A stretch of DNA of 64,000 bases, from contig CAXXHA010000014.1 in NCBI GenBank assembly GCA_963662265.2, positions 21,756 to 85,755 on the forward strand. The letters run 5' to 3'. Under the pieces are notes generated by a model that was not told the origin of the DNA, searched no databases, and worked only from the letters and a program-made list of their open reading frames with translations. The position numbers and the translations under genes are program-made. How positions within the stretch are numbered: the first letter of the stretch is position 1; the number at the start of each line of letters is the position of its first letter. This stretch comes from Spirochaetia bacterium. Its GTDB lineage: Bacteria; Spirochaetota; Spirochaetia; CADAEX01. This document shows positions 59,767 through 64,000 of this stretch, piece by piece.

Positions 59767-62180
59767 ATGAAAGCATCAGATAAATTCTCTACACTTGTTA
59801 TTCAGCAGATGCGGAAAAGCTGTTTCAGATACAGGGGGAAACGAAGTAATGTTTACAGGCCGGACAGGAGAGGGCGGCCTGATTGAACATATAGAAACAA
59901 GCAGCCCGTGGTAATGAGAATTCTGTTCCTGCCCCTGGAAGGATTTGTAGACCGGGGGGATGTTATTATTCATAATCACCCCGGGGGAAACCTGACTCCC
60001 AGTTCTGCTGATCTCAGAATAGCATCGATTCTTGGAAATCAGGGTATTGGATTCTATATTGTAAACAATGAAATCACAGAAGTATATGCTGTCGCTGAAA
60101 CTGTTTCAGAGAAAAATCATCCCGATAAATGTTAGTGAGATAAAAACGCATCTAGAACCCGGGGGTACTCTTTCAAAACTGTTTGATAAATATGAAGTAA
60201 GAGAATCCCAGGTAGATATGCTCTGTGATGTTGCTGAAGCAATCAATAATGAGAAAATTATTATTGCAGAGGCCGGTACTGGTGTAGGCAAATCTCTTGC
60301 TTACCTGATTCCTGCCTTCAAATGGGTCATGAATATTAATGACAGAATAGTAATATCAACAGGGACAATAAACCTTCAGCACCAGCTTATTGAAAAAAGA
60401 TATTCCACTTGTGAAAAGAATGCTCAGGACAGACAAAAAGGCAGCCCTTGTAAAAGGGCGGGGCAACTATGTATGCATGAGAAAATATCTTGAAAAGCTG
60501 AACGAATCATCGCTTTTCAATGAAACAGACAGGGAGCTTATGCTGATAAAGGAATGGGTTGAATCAACAGATACCGGAGACAGGTCAGACCTTAGTTTTC
60601 CTGCCTGATTATGCCCTGTGGAGTGATATTGCATCAGAAATCTGACTACTGTCTCGGGACTCTCACTGTCCATACAGGGAAAAATGCTTTGTAATAAAGT
60701 CAAGGAAGAGAGCTGCTGCAGCTCATGTTCTTGTTGTTAACCACCATATCCTGTTTTCCGATGTATCTGCCAGAAGTGCAGGCGCAGGATTCAACGGAAC
60801 AGCAGTACTTCCTGGATTCAGCAGGATAGTGTTTGATGAAGCGCATAATATGGAAAATGCAGCTACTTCATTTTATTCACCGACCCTGTCGAGAGGACTT
60901 CTTTTTAAAACACTGACAAAGATATACAGAAGAAAAAGGGGACGTGTATCCGGGATATATGTAAACCTTAAGGGAGAGCCGGGACAGGATGAGAAAATAG
61001 AAGAAATACCTTCACTGAATGCCGGTGCAATTGCTGAATATGAACTTCTTGAGAAAGAGGGTGAGGATATTCTTCAGGGTACATACAACATGAGGATTGA
61101 TCATGAAGAGAAATTCGACAATCTTCTTTCAAAAACCGCATCACTCAAGAATTATCTCTCCAGGATTTACATGATAATAGATGATATTACACAGGGAATG
61201 GATTTTTCCCCCGAAGATGATGCTAAAGTATATGAAATACTCCTTGTGAAAAACAAGCTTCAGGGACTGATATCAACATGTGAAAAACTTCTGGATACAG
61301 ATGATAATTATGTCTCGTGGTTTGAAAAATCATCTAAGAGAATCTTTTTCTATGTTACGCCGATTGATATCAGCAGGATACTGCAGGATACACTTTACAG
61401 TAAAATAAAATCGATTGTTTTTACTTCCGCGACACTCAGCATAAGCTCAAAATTTGATTTCTGGAAAAGACGGGTAGGGCTTAATTCTGAAATGTTTGAT
61501 ATTGTTGAAAATATTTACAAATCGCCATTTGATTATGAAAAAAATGTTCTTCTTGCCATTCCCCATGATCTTCCTGAGCCCTCATCTGAAGAATATACTG
61601 ATAAACTGTCAGATTTTATTTTTGATTCGCTCATGGTTTCTGACGGTAAAGGTCTTGTACTTTTTACATCCTATTCAATGCTGATGAATGTGTATAACAG
61701 CATCAGGGAAAAACTTGTGGAAAACAAAATCATGGTTTACAGACAGGGTGAGGATGACAGGTTCAGGCTTTTAAAGACATTCAACGATGACAGGAACAGT
61801 GTTCTAATGGCGACTGACTCATTCTGGGAAGGCGTGGACAGCCCGGGAGATACTCTCAAGAATGTTATAATCTGCCGCCTTCCTTTCAGGGTGCCTTCAG
61901 ATCCCGTTATAAAGGCAAGAATGGACAGGATAACAGAAAACGGCGGTAATCCCTTCATGGATTACTCGCTTTCCTGAAGCTGTCATAAAACTTAAGCAGG
62001 GATTCGGGCGGCTGATGAGAACGAAAAATGACTGCGGTATAATTCAGATCACTGACAACAGGATTCTCAAGAAGCAGTACGGGTCGATATTCTCTCAAAT
62101 CTCTTCCCGAATCATCAAGATATTACGGTTCAGCCGATAATCTCTTTGAAAAGACAGAAGACTTTCTTTACAACAGGTGA
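59767..62180 (+). CDS. dinG: DinG/YoaA-family helicase with N-terminal JAB/MPN-like domain, multiply frameshifted (probable sequencing errors)
   Basis: IHNHPGG.LTPS.AD (JAB); R..Q, EAGTGVGKS, KGR.NY.C, VVNH..LF.D, FDEAH, TSATL, SPFDY, LFTSY, FWEGVD.PG, KQG.GRL.R across frames. Confidence 0.8.
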
Positions 62181-62410
62181 TGTCTTTATCCTGCGTCCTT
62201 CAAAACCTGTAATTATGTCAAGCACATTCGCATTATATACCGCTGTATCCATGCTTGCTCTGCATTACCTGTTCCTGCTGTCCCTGTGCAGGTGAAGAGC
62301 TTTTCCTGAAAGCGGGATTTCATCGATGGCTCTGCCCCGTCAATGTCCATCCGCTCATCGTTTTTTCGGGATAATAAATAGACACTCTGCATAATGCCTT
62401 TCATGGCATT

Positions 62411-62451
62411 AAAAAACCCCGGAATTAAAAAAATCCGGGGCTTGTTTTTTT
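62411..62451. terminator. Intrinsic terminator downstream of groES
   Basis: AAAAAACCCCGGA-loop-TCCGGGGCTTGTTTTTTT. Confidence 0.75.
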
Positions 62452-62470
62452 CAAATTGCAATAATTGTAA

Positions 62471-62737
62471 TTATTCTACAATAGCGATAATATCATTTGC
62501 TTTGAGAATAAGGTATTCTTCGCTTTCAATTTTGATAGATGTCCCGGCATATTTATCATACATGATTTTATCGCCGACTTTTACTTTAATTACATCTTTA
62601 TCATCACCAATAGCTGATACAACTCCAGTCTGTGTTTTTTCCTGAGCTGTCTGTGGGATGTAGAGTCCGCCTTTTGTTTTTTCTTCTGATTCTGCAATTT
62701 TTACAAGTACACGGTCCCCTAAAGGTGTGATTTTCAT
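62471..62737 (-). CDS. groES: Co-chaperonin GroES
   Basis: [30 protein letters not shown]; AGGAGG RBS. Confidence 0.96.
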   Translation of the reverse strand: MKITPLGDRVLVKIAESEEKTKGGLYIPQTAQEKTQTGVVSAIGDDKDVIKVKVGDKIMYDKYAGTSIKIESEEYLILKANDIIAIVE

Positions 62738-62860
62738 ATAATCCTCCTATGGAAATATATAATATTTAATTTTTTATGGTAATTTAACATGAAAAATATA
62801 CGAATGTTATCAACATTGGTCAAGATAAAGATACAAAAAATCATTTAATTATCGTTGTAT

Positions 62861-62914
62861 GTGTCAAAATGAACCGTATTTGAGCTTAATATTTTTAGTG
62901 TGTTGAAATGACAC
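62861..62914 (+). promoter_or_regulatory. Two candidate enhancer (UAS) palindromes for a sigma54 activator
   Basis: GTGTCA-AAA-TGAACC (62861-62875) and GTGTTG-AAA-TGACAC (62900-62914), each two mismatches from GTGTCA-N3-TGACAC, about 100-150 bp upstream of the -24 element. Confidence 0.5.
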
Positions 62915-63009
62915 GGTATAAATATTATCCTGTAACAAGATTTTTTTGGAAGGTTTAATAAATGCTTGTATAGTAAGCATTTATATAATGAAAATATTTT
63001 GCTGATAAT

Positions 63010-63025
63010 TGGCACAACTCTTGCA
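63010..63025 (+). promoter_or_regulatory. Sigma54 (RpoN) -24/-12 promoter
   Basis: TGGCAC-AACTC-TTGCA with canonical GG-N10-GC spacing, 23 bp upstream of the sigma-factor ATG. Confidence 0.85.
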
Positions 63026-63048
63026 TATATCAGTTGAGAGGTAAAAAG

Positions 63049-63919
63049 ATGACAGCAGAAAAAACAAAGACATACAACAGATATTCAAATGACGAGAATA
63101 TATTATCAATTTATCTTAAAGAGATAAATTCGATACCACTCCTTTCACGGGAAGATGAGGATAAGTATGCTAGGCAGGCTGCAGCTGGTGATAAAAAGGC
63201 AAGGGAAATCCTGATTAAATCAAACCTCAGATTCGTAGTGAATGTAGCAAAAAAATATCAGAATAAAGGCATTCCGCTTTCCGACCTGATAAATGAAGGA
63301 AATATCGGACTTATGAATGCTATTGAAAAATATGATGTAGACAGAGGATACCATTTTATATCTTATGCAGTATGGTGGATAAAGCAGTCTATACTCAAGT
63401 CTATAGGCGAAAAATCCAGAATGATAAGACTTCCTCTTAACAGGGCAGGAGAACTGGTCCAGATTGAACGGGCAAAAAAAAGAGCTTCTTGCAGAAAAGG
63501 GAATTGATCCTGAACTGCAGGAAATTGCAGATGCTGTTGGACTTGATGAGGAGCATGTAAGAGATCTTATTGAAATATCAAGAGAACTTGTTTCAATAGA
63601 TAATCCTGTAAAGGCGGGTGAAAAAGAATCAGCCCTCCTGAGCGATTATATTGTTGATACAAAGACACCGAAACCTGAAGATATTGTGATAGATAATTCT
63701 CTGAAGGTGGAAATAAATAAACTTCTTGAAACTCTTTCAGAGAAAGAAGCAGATATAATAGAACAGCGTTTCGGTCTTAACGGTCTTATCCCGATGTCAC
63801 TCAAGGAAATTGGTGACAGGTATAACCTGACCAAGGAAAGAATCAGGCAGATTGAAAAGAAAGCCATAGACAGGCTAAAGCATGTTTCCAGAAGCCAGTA
63901 TCTTGAAGCTTTTGTATAA
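63049..63919 (+). CDS. Sigma70-family (RpoD/RpoS-like, no region 1.1) sigma factor, +1 frameshift in A8 run 63474-63481 (probable error)
   Basis: YLKEI..IPLL, NLRFVV.VAKKY, DLINEGNIGL..A.EKYD, F.SYAVWWI, IRLP; after the shift L.EIG....LTKERIRQIEKKA. Confidence 0.85.
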
Positions 63920-63969
63920 AAAGAACAGGATATGGTCATTTATGAAATAATTAAAAAAATATATTGATA

Positions 63970-64000
63970 ACCGTAGGTAATAAACTATATTGCCTACGGT
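63970..64000 (+). terminator. Hairpin after sigma factor gene (at window edge)
   Basis: ACCGTAGGTAAT-loop-ATTGCCTACGGT. Confidence 0.55.

Noticed and set aside
58937-62180. punA and dinG as genuine pseudogenes or programmed frameshifts
   Set aside because: The many single-base insertions leave motifs otherwise intact, which is typical of sequencing error; not called pseudogenes without read evidence
62213-62461. 82-aa minus-strand ORF downstream of groES
   Set aside because: It starts across the groES terminator, has no motif and lies in an error-prone region; cannot be supported, though a small gene is not excluded
1-64000. tRNA, rRNA, integrase, transposase or prophage genes
   Set aside because: None recognised by eye in the ORF set or intergenic regions; a tRNAscan/Rfam run would be needed to exclude small RNAs

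Overview
This is an AT-rich bacterial chromosomal window, most likely from a free-living or anaerobic spirochaete. The basis is recalled Borrelia-like murG-cvpA-holB-hk2-rrp2 synteny, a stand-alone groES divergent from a sigma54-driven sigma factor, and many SpII lipoproteins. Housekeeping genes (xth, gpmI, asd, rnhA, htrA, uvrB, thiBPQ with a TPP riboswitch, murG, lysC, groES) are interspersed with surface-protein genes. The most notable feature is a ~15 kb isoprenoid block (41.4-56.4 kb). It holds a carotenoid pathway (dxs, type-2 IDI, crtE-like, crtB, crtI, cruF-like hydratase, GT2, acyltransferase) that physically encloses a fused EtfB-EtfA, a FixC-FixX/ETF:quinone oxidoreductase fusion and an orphan MenA. 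A tocopherol-cyclase-like gene flanks it. This suggests a pigment or lipid-antioxidant pathway carrying its own quinone and electron-transfer module. Other signals are a near-consensus sigma54 promoter with two candidate enhancer palindromes upstream of an RpoS/RpoD-family sigma gene, and a covarying multi-hairpin non-coding element at 3.9-4.2 kb whose terminal hairpin recurs at 22.8 kb. There are also three 38-bp-periodic operators upstream of marR, an RNase HI fusion, a DapF lacking both catalytic cysteines, and a transglutaminase-like barrel protein paired with a giant Ig-repeat lipoprotein. From ~54.8 kb onward several genes carry +1 frameshifts that look like sequencing or assembly errors. 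All family assignments come from motif recognition by eye; no database searches were run.
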